From assembly GCA_025201805.1 (NCBI GenBank), contig MU619253.1:188202-252201 (forward strand): a stretch of DNA of 64,000 bases. The letters are read 5' to 3'. Shown here piece by piece: positions 13,808 to 26,815 of this stretch; within the stretch, counting starts at the first letter, position 1; each line of letters starts with the position of its first letter. This DNA comes from Parasitella parasitica NRRL 2501. Its lineage: Eukaryota > Fungi > Mucoromycota. The position numbers were made by a program, and so were the translations under genes. The notes beneath the pieces were generated by a model that did no database searches, was not told the DNA's origin, and saw only the letters and a list, made by a program, of their open reading frames with translations.

Positions 13808-15718
13808 GTTTTCTGAAATACACCCCAAAAAACTCGTGCTCATCTTTTTTTTGTTTTCATATAACAATCATAACGACAAAAATAATACACAACTATCGAA
13901 AAAAGCTGCAATAAACTTCTTTTTTTGATTTTTTGAATCTCTTTACTATTGACGCATTAAATGGATGCTTTGACAGTTTTGATTGCTGGGAACATGGAAG
14001 AATTGCCAACGTTTATTTGGGGGGGGGGACGCGGTTTCCAATAGGGTACCACGCTGATGGCAACCCCTTGAATAGAGCTGATTAAACTTCATTTTATTAC
14101 AGTAAATGTTGGCTTAATATAGATACTGGCTACATTTACTATACTCTTGCACGCACTTTCAAAGCAAAACATTCCAAGCAAAGACGTGGCTGCACACTTT
14201 CTTTAAGCATCATTCGTAATCAACAAACCAGCCAAGTTTGTATAATGCAATTGCTAAGTACAGTTACGGTTGAACAAGTTGTTTACCTCTTCATCAACTT
14301 TAACACCGAGAGTTTAGATTCTACATGGTGTCTTTCCTAAACCATGAATCAACATTGGATAAAAACAAGTAAATTGTAATAAAAAATTTATTTTAAAAAG
14401 CAATCATGAAACTATTTTAATGAAACCCAAAAGAAAAGTCTGTAAAAAGAAAAAAGAATTAATAAAAGAGTTCAAAAATATAATAGAGAACAGTTTTTGT
14501 TCAAATTGCCATGCAAATTTCTTTTTTTTTTTTTCAGAAGTTATTATAAGGTAGCTAGGGTTTTATCGTCATAGTCATAACGACTAAAGTCAAATGCCTG
14601 TATCATCCTTTGAAAAGAAATTTGCACCGCAAAGAGACAAGAAAACTCTACAGCGATTGTACTTACCAAAACGTTTACTGATTACCTAAATGAATAAAAG
14701 AACAACAACTAAATCCGTTGAAAATTCACGCCTTTATATAGCTTTACAGATGTTTAATAAATTTTTTTTTCTTTTTTTTTTTTTTGTGTCTGCTCTTTTC
14801 AACAAGAAGATAAACAGTCTATCGCTGAGATGTGGCCCTGTTGTCCATGTTTCGAGATGGGGTAATCATGTCAAAAATTTCCATTTGCAGTCATAGAATG
14901 TGTAGTGTTAACTTGAGAGAATACTCGCAAAAGCGACTCCTAAATCAAGCCATTAGTAATACATCGAAAATAGATTGGAAGACAAGTTTTCTTTGGTGCT
15001 TATTTTATCAATTTGACCATCATGACATTGTGCAAAAATTTTGTTCGTAATTTATATTTGCCCCTGAATTAGAGTTGAAATGTCATCAAGCTTTCTTTCC
15101 CGCTACAGTAGCTTGGACGAAATGATGATGACAAATTACTCGATATATCCTACAATTAAGGCTTACACGCATTGATTGCATGTGTATGTGCATGTAAAAT
15201 TTTCTTGTAAAAGATACCTCCGAATCAGATTTTCGACATTCTTGTATTGGATGGTCGATTTAAGTTGGTTTTGACTAGAAGTAGCATTCATGAACCACAC
15301 TAACCTTCTAAACTCTATCGCACATGATTCAGACAATGCTATTTTATTAGTGTAAACTCTTAGTCAGCCCATCAATAACCATGGGATGTTAATATATTTG
15401 AATCAAGTACTATGCATATATATATATATATATACATATATAATAGGGCACAGTGATAAACAAAATTTTACATACAAATCTTGAATGTAAATGCAATGAT
15501 ATTCATTCACGAAAACAAACACGAGGAATACACTGTATATAGGAGCTAGGATATACAAAAACACTCTATTTTGGTACTCTGGATGCCTTATTTCACAGGT
15601 TTACGACCAAAAAAATCATTCAAAAGGGTATCAAGCAATTGCTATCAGATAATAGATTAATTCTGATGTAAATCAGCAGTTTTTTGAGAAACTTCTTTTT
15701 ATCTCGTTTTTTGCCTTA

Positions 15719-15935
15719 TGGTACCTCGTCTCAAAACTCGATTTTGACAGAAATCAAATTTTCGGTCGTAAAATGAGACATTTTACTAACGTATATATTA
15801 GAGACATTTGTTGCCAGAAGCCGTCTTCACACGATGATGATGTTTAGTAGAAGCATTCAAGCAACTTTTTTTGACTTTTTTACGACAAACTGAAAACCCA
15901 CTTTTTCAAAAATATTGTTACATTTCAAAGTACAA
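15719..15935 (+). repeat. Degenerate dispersed repeat, copy 1 (homologous to 19835-19985); probable DNA-transposon/MITE relic
   Basis: TGGTACCTCGTCT(C/G)AAA and AAACTGAAAACC-...-TCAAA.ATAT..TACAT.TC blocks are shared, in the same order, with 19835-19985. Confidence 0.5.
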
Positions 15936-16040
15936 TTTGAAAAGTAATTATTATCAACGCATAGAGCACAGCAGGTTCCAAATTTTTTGTTAATATGTCT
16001 TTGGGTATTGATAGTCCATTTCAAGCAGTAAAAATTCTTT

Positions 16041-16392
16041 AAAGAACATTTAGTTTTTTTTTTTTTTTTTAGGGAAATAAGGGTTTTATTTCATTGTTTA
16101 AAGTCCTTCAAACGTACCAAGGAGGAAGAGGAGAGAAAGACTGAGATCAGAGGTAGGGGGAGCGTAGAAGAGAGAACGACAGAAGAGAGAACGACAGAAG
16201 AGAGAACGACTGAGATCGAAGGTTGGGGGAGCGTAGGTGAGAATATCAGGTGTAAAATGTGTTTGGGGAAGAAGGAATGAAACTATTGAATATATTTATG
16301 ATTGATAAGAAACCTATCTCTTAATGTCTCGAAAGACACAAGAGTTCCCATTGTCTCGAAAGACGTAGGAGGTTCGCAAAAAGAACATTTAG
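16041..16392 (-). mobile_element. Short non-LTR retroposed insertion (SINE-like or 5'-truncated LINE) with poly(A) tail and 13-bp TSD
   Basis: AAAGAACATTTAG at 16041-16053 and again at 16380-16392. T17 at 16054-16070 directly inside the left copy. AATAAA on the minus strand about 15 nt before the tail. Internal (AGAAGAGAGAACGAC)x3 at 16166-16210. Confidence 0.82.
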
Positions 16393-16912
16393 TGTCGGGA
16401 AATGGTAGATTGGAACAAAAAAATCAAGCCAAGTAGGCGATTGATTTCAGAACCCGCCAAGTTTAGTTTATTCACCAAAATTCCAATCTAATTTGCATTA
16501 TCATGCTGTATGCACATCGAAAACTAGTGTTGCGTAGTTCATGGAACTAAAATTACCTCGCGTTATGATTTTTTTCTTGCAAAATCCACGTCCTATAATC
16601 CCTTTCTGCCTGATTTGATTATTTTGGCGACTGGGGCAACAGTTTCAATTTTTCGAGCCAGAGAACAGGTGCCTAGTTTTTACAAGTTATACCATGCATC
16701 CGCAGTTTCCAGTGACATTAAACGGAAGAGTAACGGGAAGTGAGTGTTTTATTGAATATGACGGATATTTTATTTATATGGTAACATCACCACCTATCAT
16801 TCGTTTCAGCTCATGCAAGAAGCAAATTTACTCAGCCCAAAGTTGGCAAGTTTATCTTGCCCCATGTCAAAAGACATGAAATGTTTGGCCCCCTTCTCAA
16901 TTTTAAACCGTA

Positions 16913-19681
16913 ATGAAAGAATTACTTGATTATGTCAAGTACAATCAAGTCCTATGCTTCGGTGAGATAAATACTCACAGTTTATTGCTGAAATGAAGTA
17001 TATTCCCTAATATAATCAATAGATTTTCATGAAAGCGGATGGCTTGATATTTATCTAAGCTCCAACAAATTGGTCTTAATGGAATCTGTAAAAAGGGCAA
17101 ATGTTTATACTCGCAACTTCAAAAAATACTGGATACTTATATTGCACACATACAGGTTGTCAGCAACATCTTTTCAGGTTTTTCTATAAAAGAATCTTTA
17201 GAGAAATATGTCGAGATATACTCAAAGGACGCAAAACTTCGTACAAAAAAGGAAACACATCTACTATCATCAACAATCGAACGCGCAATCAAACTAAAAC
17301 AAGAGATAATACAAGATGATACAGTACAATTTGACAAATCACAGTTCCTCTTCTGCTTGCCTCCCGAATGGACTAGAGAAGATTACGAAGCTGCACTGCG
17401 AGCATTATATCTGAGAGCGGGATGGATGACTAAAGATGACGACAAAAATCGTTTGATGCTTTCAACTCACACCGAAAATGCTGTGAACTATTTACAGTAT
17501 ACACAGCCTAATAGCTTCAGACTTCAAAGAGAAAGAAAATATGTTCTTGCCTACATGAGTAAATCTATCTTGAAGGTGACCTGCTTTCAAATGCAAACCG
17601 CAAAAGAATTGGTTACAGTATCCAGAAAACTAGCAGCAAGTGATTTTCTTCTTGTGCCTACTACATTGAATGAAAAAATTATATCTCTCCCAAAACTCAA
17701 TGGCATCGTTTACACGGAAGTGAAACGCATTATCATCAAACGCATAATTAATGGACTGAAAAGCAAAATATACCTTAGAAAAAGGGCCAGAAGCTCCGGT
17801 TTATGGAGAAATTCAAGATACCAGAAATTAGGTGTACAAGAAATAGTTCAAACAATCGCCTACAACATTGATAAGTTTGACTATTTTGTAAGTATATAGA
17901 TGATAGATGCTTATACTGTATTGCCGGTTTAAAAATCATTGACAAGATAAATTATGTTCCTGTCATAGGATGAATATAAACCTATAAGCAAGTACATTGT
18001 TTGGGACAACAAGGCAGCGAAAAGACTTTTGAAAGAATGGACTTGGAGTGATATAATAACAAAAATCCTAAAAAACGCAGACATCCAGGAATTTTCGTTA
18101 CTTGCGGATGCGTGCAGAAATATACATGTCGATTACAACTTAACGAAAGACTCTCCTGAAGGTATTCAAAGTGTAATCATGCTTGGTTGGAGCAGCAGTG
18201 TATTCCAAAAATACATCTTCCAGCATTTCGACAATACTGTATCTTGTAGTATCCCTACCACAAACCCAAATTTATATATTCGTGACGAACTTGAGTCGTG
18301 TTTATGTGTAGGCGCCATGCAGAAACCATACAAGATGATCCAAATTGCAAACGCTCTGTTACCACCATCGATCTGGAACGGGAATAGTGTAGTGAATATC
18401 GACTTGCCTGTAAAAGACAAAGAACTAGATCTAATCCCACCCAATTCATTTTATCTCCAAGCCTATATTCATGAAGATTGTATCGATTTCATATTAAACA
18501 AAGCTGTAGCAGTGTCTCTTGTAGGTGAAGTCGCTCAAAAGTCATCATTCACTGTTCAAGAAAAGGCAGTAAGCATAGACAGTCTTGGTGATTCTGTTTG
18601 TAATAAACTATGGGATTACTTGGAAACGATGGATTTTAAAGAATGCAAAGAGAAATACTGTTCTGGTAGGCTCTCAATGGAAAATTATCAATGCTTTCGA
18701 GCAAATGTAAAAAAATTGTCTTGTAATTGGGTAAGTCCCAATCTTATCGAATACTAAACCATATCAACACGCCTCTATTGTAGCTACGAAACAGCGACAT
18801 CTTCACAGGCAAAGATTCCTCCAAATGGCAACAAATTTCAATCAGCAATAACTGTAAATGCGCACTGAATATACCGAACCGTGTGCTTCTGGATGTAGGA
18901 TTAAAACCTTCGATTGGTAGTGTTGGTACAATCATAGCGTCAACGCTCGCATCAAATAGTTTTTTCGGCCTCTACAATGTTTCGGCCTTGATTGTAATCA
19001 GTGATTATGAATATGCAGGCAATAGCATCATGAAAGAGATAATACAGAGACGTTTACAAATTCATCGAAAGAAGCCCGTAGTTTTCTTTGGCGAACAAGA
19101 ATTAGCTGCATGCATGATGTTGGGAGAATGGGCGATTGAAAAGAAACAAATCTTGGGCAAAGGGAGTTATTCGCAACTCTCTAATTCAAATTATTTAGTC
19201 AAATTCCATTACTTTCCAGGTCGACAAAAAAAAATGTACGAATGCGATAGATACTCGTACAAAATGGCAGAAAGAAACCTTGAGAGTGTTGTTTTAAAGC
19301 AACATGATTGCTTGGGTCATGAAGGAGTAAGTACTTTTTTTTTTTTCAAAGACACTTTTATTACTAAAGCAGGTGAGAAATCCGACGAGAATTACAATAC
19401 AGAGGCAATACTCATTCCTTCTTTTAACAGAATTGCATGTCGAGTATTTATCTCACGAAGTTGGCCCGCCTTCGTACCATCGTGTTTGGGTTTGTCCTAT
19501 CATCAGTAAATCAGATAGATGCCCTTTTGCTGTTAGGGTCTCACCACAACATCATTCATCAACTTTAAAAGTCGAATTTTCATATACGAAGATTTTTGAT
19601 TTCAAAGAAACTCGTTTTTTGCCAATATACACAAATGAATCCATCAATATACACGAGAAATTAGTGTTGAAGCAGCAATGA
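16913..19681 (+). CDS. Divergent Hsp70/HSPA12-like actin-fold (ASKHA) protein, about 6 exons, likely non-catalytic
   Basis: Frame-preserving introns 17888-17968, 18731-18783 and 19327-19372 join the ORFs. FLFCLPPEW...ALYLRAGWMTKDDDKNRLMLSTHTENAVNYL resembles the HSPA12 TVPAxW..AGL..DRL..EPEAA segment. The 5' exons are less certain. Confidence 0.55.
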
Positions 19682-19834
19682 AACCCATTTTTGTATGTCT
19701 AGTCTCAACTGAATAGTAATAAACTTTATCATCGATTATTCCAAATCATATAATGTAATGCCTTTATTTATAATACATGTACAAGGAACATAATACTGCC
19801 AACATGAGATTAATTACCCATTAGTCATCTTAAG

Positions 19835-19985
19835 TGGTACCTCGTCTGAAATGTACACTAGAAGTATGTGTGTGTGTGTGTGTGTTTTTTTTTGACTTTT
19901 CTGTAGAAGCTTGTCAAGAACAATTTAACAACTCCAGTAAACTGAAAACCTATGTTGTCAAAGATATCAATACATGTCTAATAGA
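19835..19985 (+). repeat. Degenerate dispersed repeat, copy 2 (homologous to 15719-15935), interrupted by a (TG)n microsatellite
   Basis: Same sequence blocks as copy 1. Preceded by TTAAG. Confidence 0.5.
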
Positions 19986-20291
19986 TAGGGCATATTTGAT
20001 TTCATGTCTTTTGTTATTATACCAATAGTTTTTGATTATTCATTTAAGGTGTGTAAATTTTTTTTGAAAAGAACATTTTGATTGTCGAGTTCTGACCCAC
20101 TCACAGGAAAAATTAAATAAACTTGTACAGTCTAAATTTACAATTACAATGTTCCTTTATCTTGTTATCTATTCACTCCAACAGGCCTTAAACGGTCCAA
20201 CAATGATGAAGCATCAACCAACTAACAACATTTGATGCCCAAGCCATAAATTTTCTATCTCTGACCGCTTTGTTTGCAAGTGTGATGGTGG

Positions 20292-20325
<34 letters not shown>

Positions 20326-21365
20326 TTAAAATTTATTCTTACCAAATTCCAGAGATTTTTTTTTTTTTTTTTAAATGTATGTGATTTTCTCCTTTAAATA
20401 TTCTATCCATTTGAAACAAAAATACGCAAGTTCATTCGCATTAAACACTTTACTGCTTTTTCCATAGCTTTAAAGTGTGCCGCTTATGTAGCGCTTGCAA
20501 TATTAATGGCCTTCACGGGCATGGCAATCGTTTGAGGACTAGTGTTTCTGTCTGTAATGCTAGACTATAGGTTGATTGTCAAAATTATCTGTTACCATAA
20601 AATATAAATGAAAGAAAAATCTTGCTGTTATTGATGCCCCTGCTCGCACGTAAAAACAAAGGCTTTCCTTGCCAAAAGATTTGGCAAATGACAGATTTGG
20701 CTTGTCGTTATGGGAATGAACAACCCCATGGCAACGAGATGGAAATATGCTTTTGCCAAATAAGCGAATAAAAACTAATGATGTGGCGTACACAATATTT
20801 TCGTGTAGATTTATCGCTCGGAAAATCAGTCCGTGCACTCTGTATATTGAATCCAGATCTAAAAAAAAAATTGAGTGATCATCTCGATTCTATAGCAACA
20901 AGGGTGACAGATATTGTCTTGTTCATGTTACACGATTGTATCTTGAGTCATTGGCTTCTCCCTTGTAATGATCTGTGTCTTGAAATGCTAGCCCTTGAAA
21001 AAAATGCTCATCATACGTGGATTGGGGCTGTTCCTGTGATCTATTAACTCATTGCAAAGCAAAGCCGCAACAGCAGCGAAAGTCTACTTGATGCAATAAG
21101 ATGGCTGCATTCCAATTCTTGGAAATCCTTTGACGGATTGTGTGAAGCAATCCCTTTGCTAGTGTCTAGCTGAGTTGCTTTTGAGTGATGCTCTTTCGAT
21201 TTATCGCGTTAATCTTTGCTGATTTCGTGCTCACAGCACCTAATTATTGGATGGATTAATCAAACCAACCAAGTGGCGTCATCAATATTATGATGGTTAA
21301 ATACCAAGAGAGCGACAGGAAAGCCCTTGCTTTTCTTTTCCTTTCTTCATTGACTTATTTTGAAA

Positions 21366-22675
21366 ATGGCTGACATTACTACACGCCAAGTTGGCGCCCT
21401 CAACTCCCTTGAATACGAGCTCTACTTTGGTAAGAATTATATAGAATGAATCAGCAGCCAAAATGTACTCATGTCTATGACAGAGAAGAACGGTGTCCCC
21501 GTATCTCCTTTCCACGACATCCCCCTCTTTGCCAATGCCGAAAAGACTGTCTTCAACATGGTTGTTGAAATTCCTCGTTGGACCAACGCCAAGCTTGAGG
21601 TGAATATCTGCAAGATGGGAGGAAGAAAAACGACGCGTTGTGATATTAACCTGACAAATACATGTAGATTTGTAAGGAAAAGTCCATGAACCCTATTGTT
21701 CAAGATACCAAGAAGGGTAAGCTCAGATTTGTCCGCAACTGCTTCCCCCACAAGGGTTATATTTGGAATTATGGTGCCTTCCCTCAAGTAAGTTTTGTTT
21801 GTGTGTGTTTATACGAGTTTTGGGCTATACATACTCATAAAAACTAAATTAGACTTGGGAAGATCCCAACTATTCTCACCCTGAGACCAAGGCTCGCGGC
21901 GACGACGACCCCATTGATGTCATTGAAATCGGTGAGCAAGTCGCTACTCCCGGTCAAATCAAGCAAGTCAAGGTCCTCGGTGTCATGGCTCTTTTGGATG
22001 AAGGTGAAACTGACTGGAAGGTCATTGCTATTGATATCAATGATCCTTTGGCCTCCAAGTTGAATGGTAAAGAAAATTTTCACAGTTTTAGGAGTTGGAG
22101 TAGGAGAACGGGATATATATATATATATTTATATATATATTTATATATATATTTATATAAAGCTAATATAACTGCATGCTGGGATTTGCTTATTGATACA
22201 CCTTGTTACTTTATAGATATCGAGGATGTTGAAAAACATCTTCCTGGCCTTGTTCGTGCTACTAACGAATGGTTCCGTATTTACAAAATCCCTGATGGTA
22301 AGCCTGAAAACGTTTTTGCTTTCAGTGGCGAGGCCAAGAACAAAAAGTATGCTACTGATATTGTCCTTGAGACCCACGAAGCCTGGAAAAAACTCATTAA
22401 TGGTTCTGCTGAGAAGAAGGATATCAAAGTGTAAGTGTTTTTTATTATGGTGCTTTGCCCAAAAGCTAACATCTTTCAATATAGTAAAAACACCTCTGTT
22501 GAGGACTCTCCTTACTACGATAATGCTGCTGAAATCCCTGCTGTAAGTCTCTTATGTGTTAAATATTGTGTAACTCATGTTTATCATTCTAATGTTTTAG
22601 GCTTCTCCTCAACCCGCTGCTCCTATTGATGGCTCCTTTGACAAGTGGTTCTTCATCTCTGGTCACAACTTGTAA
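21366..22675 (+). CDS. IPP1: Soluble inorganic pyrophosphatase (family I)
   Basis: [53 protein letters not shown] and [14 protein letters not shown] across 7 exons. Confidence 0.97.
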
Positions 22676-22980
22676 AATTCATCCTAATTTTCAGTTTTAG
22701 TTATTTGTTAGTCTCGAAATAAAGCATTTATAAAAAGCATGGCTTGCAGTCTTGGAATAAGGGTAAAACTTTATTGACATATTTAGTAAACCAGCAGCAG
22801 GGCCTGATGATTTGTTGCAATGCTTGATACAAGCTTTTTTATTTTTACTCCTTTTTACAACTAATATATATAAATACGCATAACTCCTCCATTCTTTCTT
22901 TTGCTCTTTCTTTGTTCAAGAAAGTAAGATTGCATTGATTGAATTCCTTTACTCAGTTCCTGAATTGACAGCATTAAAAA

Positions 22981-24345
22981 ATGGGAGTATGTTTGTCAGC
23001 AGAAGAGAGAGCAGAACGAGAAAAAAGCCAGCGCATTGATCGTGAATTGGAAGAAGATAGCAAACGCCTGCAAAGAGAGTGCAAAATCCTGCTGTTGGGT
23101 AGCGGTGAATCAGGCAAATCAACCATCGTCAAACAGATGAAAATTATTCACCAAAATGGATATTCGCAAGACGAACTGAAAAGCTGGAAATTGACCATAT
23201 TCAAAAATATAGTTGAATCGATTCAAGCAATTATAGCTGCAGCGGAAAAGTTTGAATACAAATTCGAGACATTAGATGACCAAGTAATGCATACATCCTT
23301 AAGTATACTACCCATCTCCTTATCAAACTAACATCGTGCAATAGGCTGCGTTGAGTAAGCTTGCAAAATACAATGTGAGCAATGATGGCTTGAAAGCGTT
23401 CGATCCTGAAATTGCGCACAGCGTGATTCAAGTGTGGAGCGACCCTGTCGTTAAAGAGCTGATCGAAAAAGAATCCGGCAAATTCTACTTGATGGACTCA
23501 GCACCACAGTAAGTTGCCAGTGATCTGCTCGTCATCATGCACGTATTCATGACGTTTTAGCTTTTTCGACAATGTCGAAAGAATTACCATGGATCAAGCC
23601 TATATACCGACTGTCCAAGATGTCTTGTTTGCTCGGTCCAAAACCACTGGAATAACAGAAACACGGTTCGATGCTGGAAATCAACTTACGATACAGTGAG
23701 TTATTAACACTATTTGATTTATTTTCTCCTTAACTCATAAGCATATGTAGCATGTTTGATGTCGGTGGACAGAGATCAGAAAGGAAGAAATGGATTCATT
23801 GTTTTGAAGCAGTGACGAGCATCATATTTTGCGTTGCCCTAAGCGAATACGATCAAGTGCTATTGGAAGAAGGCCGCCAAAACCGAATGCTTGAGAGCTT
23901 AGTGGTTTTTGAATCAGTGATCAATAGTCGCTGGTTTTTACGAACCTCCATCGTGCTATTCTTGAACAAGATTGATTTATTCAAAGCAAAACTTCCAAAG
24001 GTCCCTTTTGGTCAGTTTTTTCCTGATTACATGGGTGGAAATGACCTTGCAAACGCAATCAAGTACATTTTATGGCGATTTAATCAAATGAATAGAGCAA
24101 AATTAAACATATACCCACAGTGAGTGTTTTTTTTTTTTTTCAATGTGCTTTTTCATGTAGACTAACATTTGCATGTCTTTAGCCTCACTCAAGCTACTGA
24201 TACAGATAAGGCAAGTTCGTTTTATGCATACAATTAACCCAAATTTACCAACAGCTCATCCCTTTATTTACAGATTCGCGTAGTGTTTGCAGCCATAAAG
24301 GAGACAATCCTGCAAAACGCATTAAAAGATTCTGGTATTTTATAA
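22981..24345 (+). CDS. Heterotrimeric G-protein alpha subunit, fungal group III (Gpa2/cAMP type)
   Basis: MGVCLS acylation site, [35 protein letters not shown] and C-terminal LKDSGIL. Includes a GC-AG intron at 24211-24273. Confidence 0.95.
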
Positions 24346-24417
24346 TTTATTTCTCATTGTATCAAATAAAAAAGAAATCAAGTGGTATAATACATGTTGC
24401 AGACCTATGCAAAAATT

Positions 24418-26146
24418 TCAGCCAATGTTTTCCAAGCCTGCAGTAAAATCCAGCTTTACAAGTGCCATCAGTATATTCTGAAGCACATGAATCATGACAA
24501 GTATAAATCCAATAATCATCTCGGGGTATTTCTCAAATTCTCGCACTGCTTGTTGTGTGATTGAATGATTAAAAGCCTTTTTAAATGTATGTCGAGTGAT
24601 GAAGGCGCTTGTTAATTCACTTGTCCATATGATTATGGCCGCAATCACTGTAAGCTGATGGTTGTACGGATTTCCGTCTTTATCATCCATGTGAAAATAG
24701 GGATATGCTGCTCGATTTGGTCCATAATGTAGAATATTCACCCAGCATAGGAACCCAATCATTGTGGTATTCTCTGCTAGATTTCGAAGATAGAACGACC
24801 TGCCTAGCTTTTCTTTGTATTCGTCATATGTCAAAGTAACTCCAATATATCGAACCAGGCTTTTGTGAACTTGTCGTGTCATTGCAATCGGATAGTATAT
24901 GCAAACCCATAGAAAGGATCCAAGTTGTACGATGGCGAATTGATCCACAGATCGAAGTCTTGCAAACAAATTTCTGTAGAATATAAAGTATATCATGAAA
25001 AAATAGAGCTTGAATATGCTTGCTAGTGGATGCGATCTTATTTTGCGATAAAGGATATAGTCTGTTATTGCATCCATGATATAGATAGCACCAACCCAGC
25101 TGTATACATAGATAAAAGCATCCAGCGATGTGTGGGGCATTGTTGATAAAAACAAGTATGCGTACATCTCTCCTCCAATCAGTGCAAATAACGCAACAGT
25201 TAAAGCTGTACAAAACCATAAAAACCGTCTATACGAAGCAGGCGCTCTTAGTCGTGGTAGGTCAGTAGGAATCCATCGCATAATCGAGCTTTTTCGCCTT
25301 GCTGTAACTTGTCCGTCCGTTGACAGTAATACACCTACCACTCCCCTATGGCGACGATCCATTCTTTTTCTGTGAATGATCACAAGTGCTATTATAACAG
25401 GCATTGACATGGTGAAGAAAGTAAGGCCAACCCAAAATACAGATTCGTTGTTCATGATGGGGACAAAGTAAAAGAGAATGCCTATAGATTGGCTGGTCAT
25501 CCAAAACAACCCAAACGTCGTTTTAGCACCGAGAGATGTTGGATACCACTAGCATTAATCAAGTTAATAGGTGCATTGGTTGTTTGACAAACTTATTAAC
25601 AAACATTTAAAGCATATATACTGAATAGCTTTGTCATAAGAAATAGCGCTACAGCATTGTAGATCCCATAATACCAAAAGAGAAAAAACCAAAAGTTTAT
25701 TCGACTGGGTGGTGATAGCAATGCGTTGCTGGTAAAATCAGAGTATTCGCAAAGGATAGTTTCACAATCATCAAATGGGATAGGTACGGAGCACCATATC
25801 AGAACCTATAAAGCCATATTAGTTGCCACCTTGTGAGATGTATTCTTTCTAGTTTACCACTAATACTGGTAATATGTTTAATACACAAGCGCGCTTATAA
25901 AACGATTCGGTCCATTTACTCACTCTTGCAGCCGTTGGAAGGATAAATTTACTTAGCAAAGGAGTTCTTTCGTCCGTGTTGTTATTGTTGTTTGAAAACG
26001 CAGCTACAGAGCTTGACCTCCATAAATCATCTGAACTATACTATGTCAATTTAAATTGTTTCAGATCATATCTTTTCATACACCCAACGAAATACACATA
26101 CGCTCCAAAGGTCTTCACTATTTCCCTGCTCAAATTGTACAAGCAT
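24418..26146 (-). CDS. Uncharacterised polytopic membrane protein (about 10 TM)
   Basis: 363-aa hydrophobic terminal ORF plus upstream exons (MLVQFEQGNSEDLWS|..ERTPLL..|..FWFFLFWYYGIYNAVAL). No catalytic motif recognised. Confidence 0.7.
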
Positions 26147-26815
26147 AAAATAAAAGAAGAAGCAAAGAGACGCACAAGAGTGTTACAAGAGAAAAGAAAA
26201 AAAAAAAAAATTATCGTGCCACTACCATAATGTATATATTCAAAGGAGGAAATATTTTTTTCTTTGAATCAAGCATACGATTCCCCTGTTTTTAATTTTT
26301 TAGATTGGCAAATGTCGTATCACTCAAGCATAAGAAATACTACTACGCTATTCTCAATAAAAAGACAAGAAATTGGTACATCTCTGCGCGTCTATTTTCA
26401 AGAATATCAACAGCTATTTATCTGCACTGTATTGGATCATTGCCAAGGGCATACTCGGTTGAAGAAGTTTGCTCGATCAAGTATGATATAATTTTTGAAA
26501 ACCAGTGTATATTCAAATTCTTTTTTATATGAGAGTGCAGCAATACTATGCTATGTCCAGGAAAACAATCATCTCTGTGGTGCATTTGAGATGCAGTTTA
26601 CCGAATTGTGAATACTGTAAAGTTGCAAGAGGTTACTGATGGCATGAGAAACTTGCCAGCTATCAGGCTGCAATAGAAGAGCAGAGAGCGCTGAATAAAT
26701 TAATCTAGACATTTGGTGAAATCTGGGAAGGCACCGACACAAGGTAAATTTGCTATTTAAATACAACTAGGCAAGCTTATCGCCTTCTTTTTTCTTCCAC
26801 GCTATTCAGTCCACG

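Noticed and set aside
16166-16210. 15-bp direct repeats as a possible CRISPR-like array
   Set aside because: Contiguous tandem units with no spacers, in a eukaryotic context with no cas genes.
16310-16375. Hammerhead ribozyme or tRNA-derived SINE head
   Set aside because: No CUGANGA/GAAA core on either strand and no A/B boxes or cloverleaf. Kept only as an unclassified structure.
21895-21925. GDDDPIDV instead of the common GDNDPIDV in IPP1
   Set aside because: Still fits the family I PPase D-[SGDN]-D-P-x-D signature.
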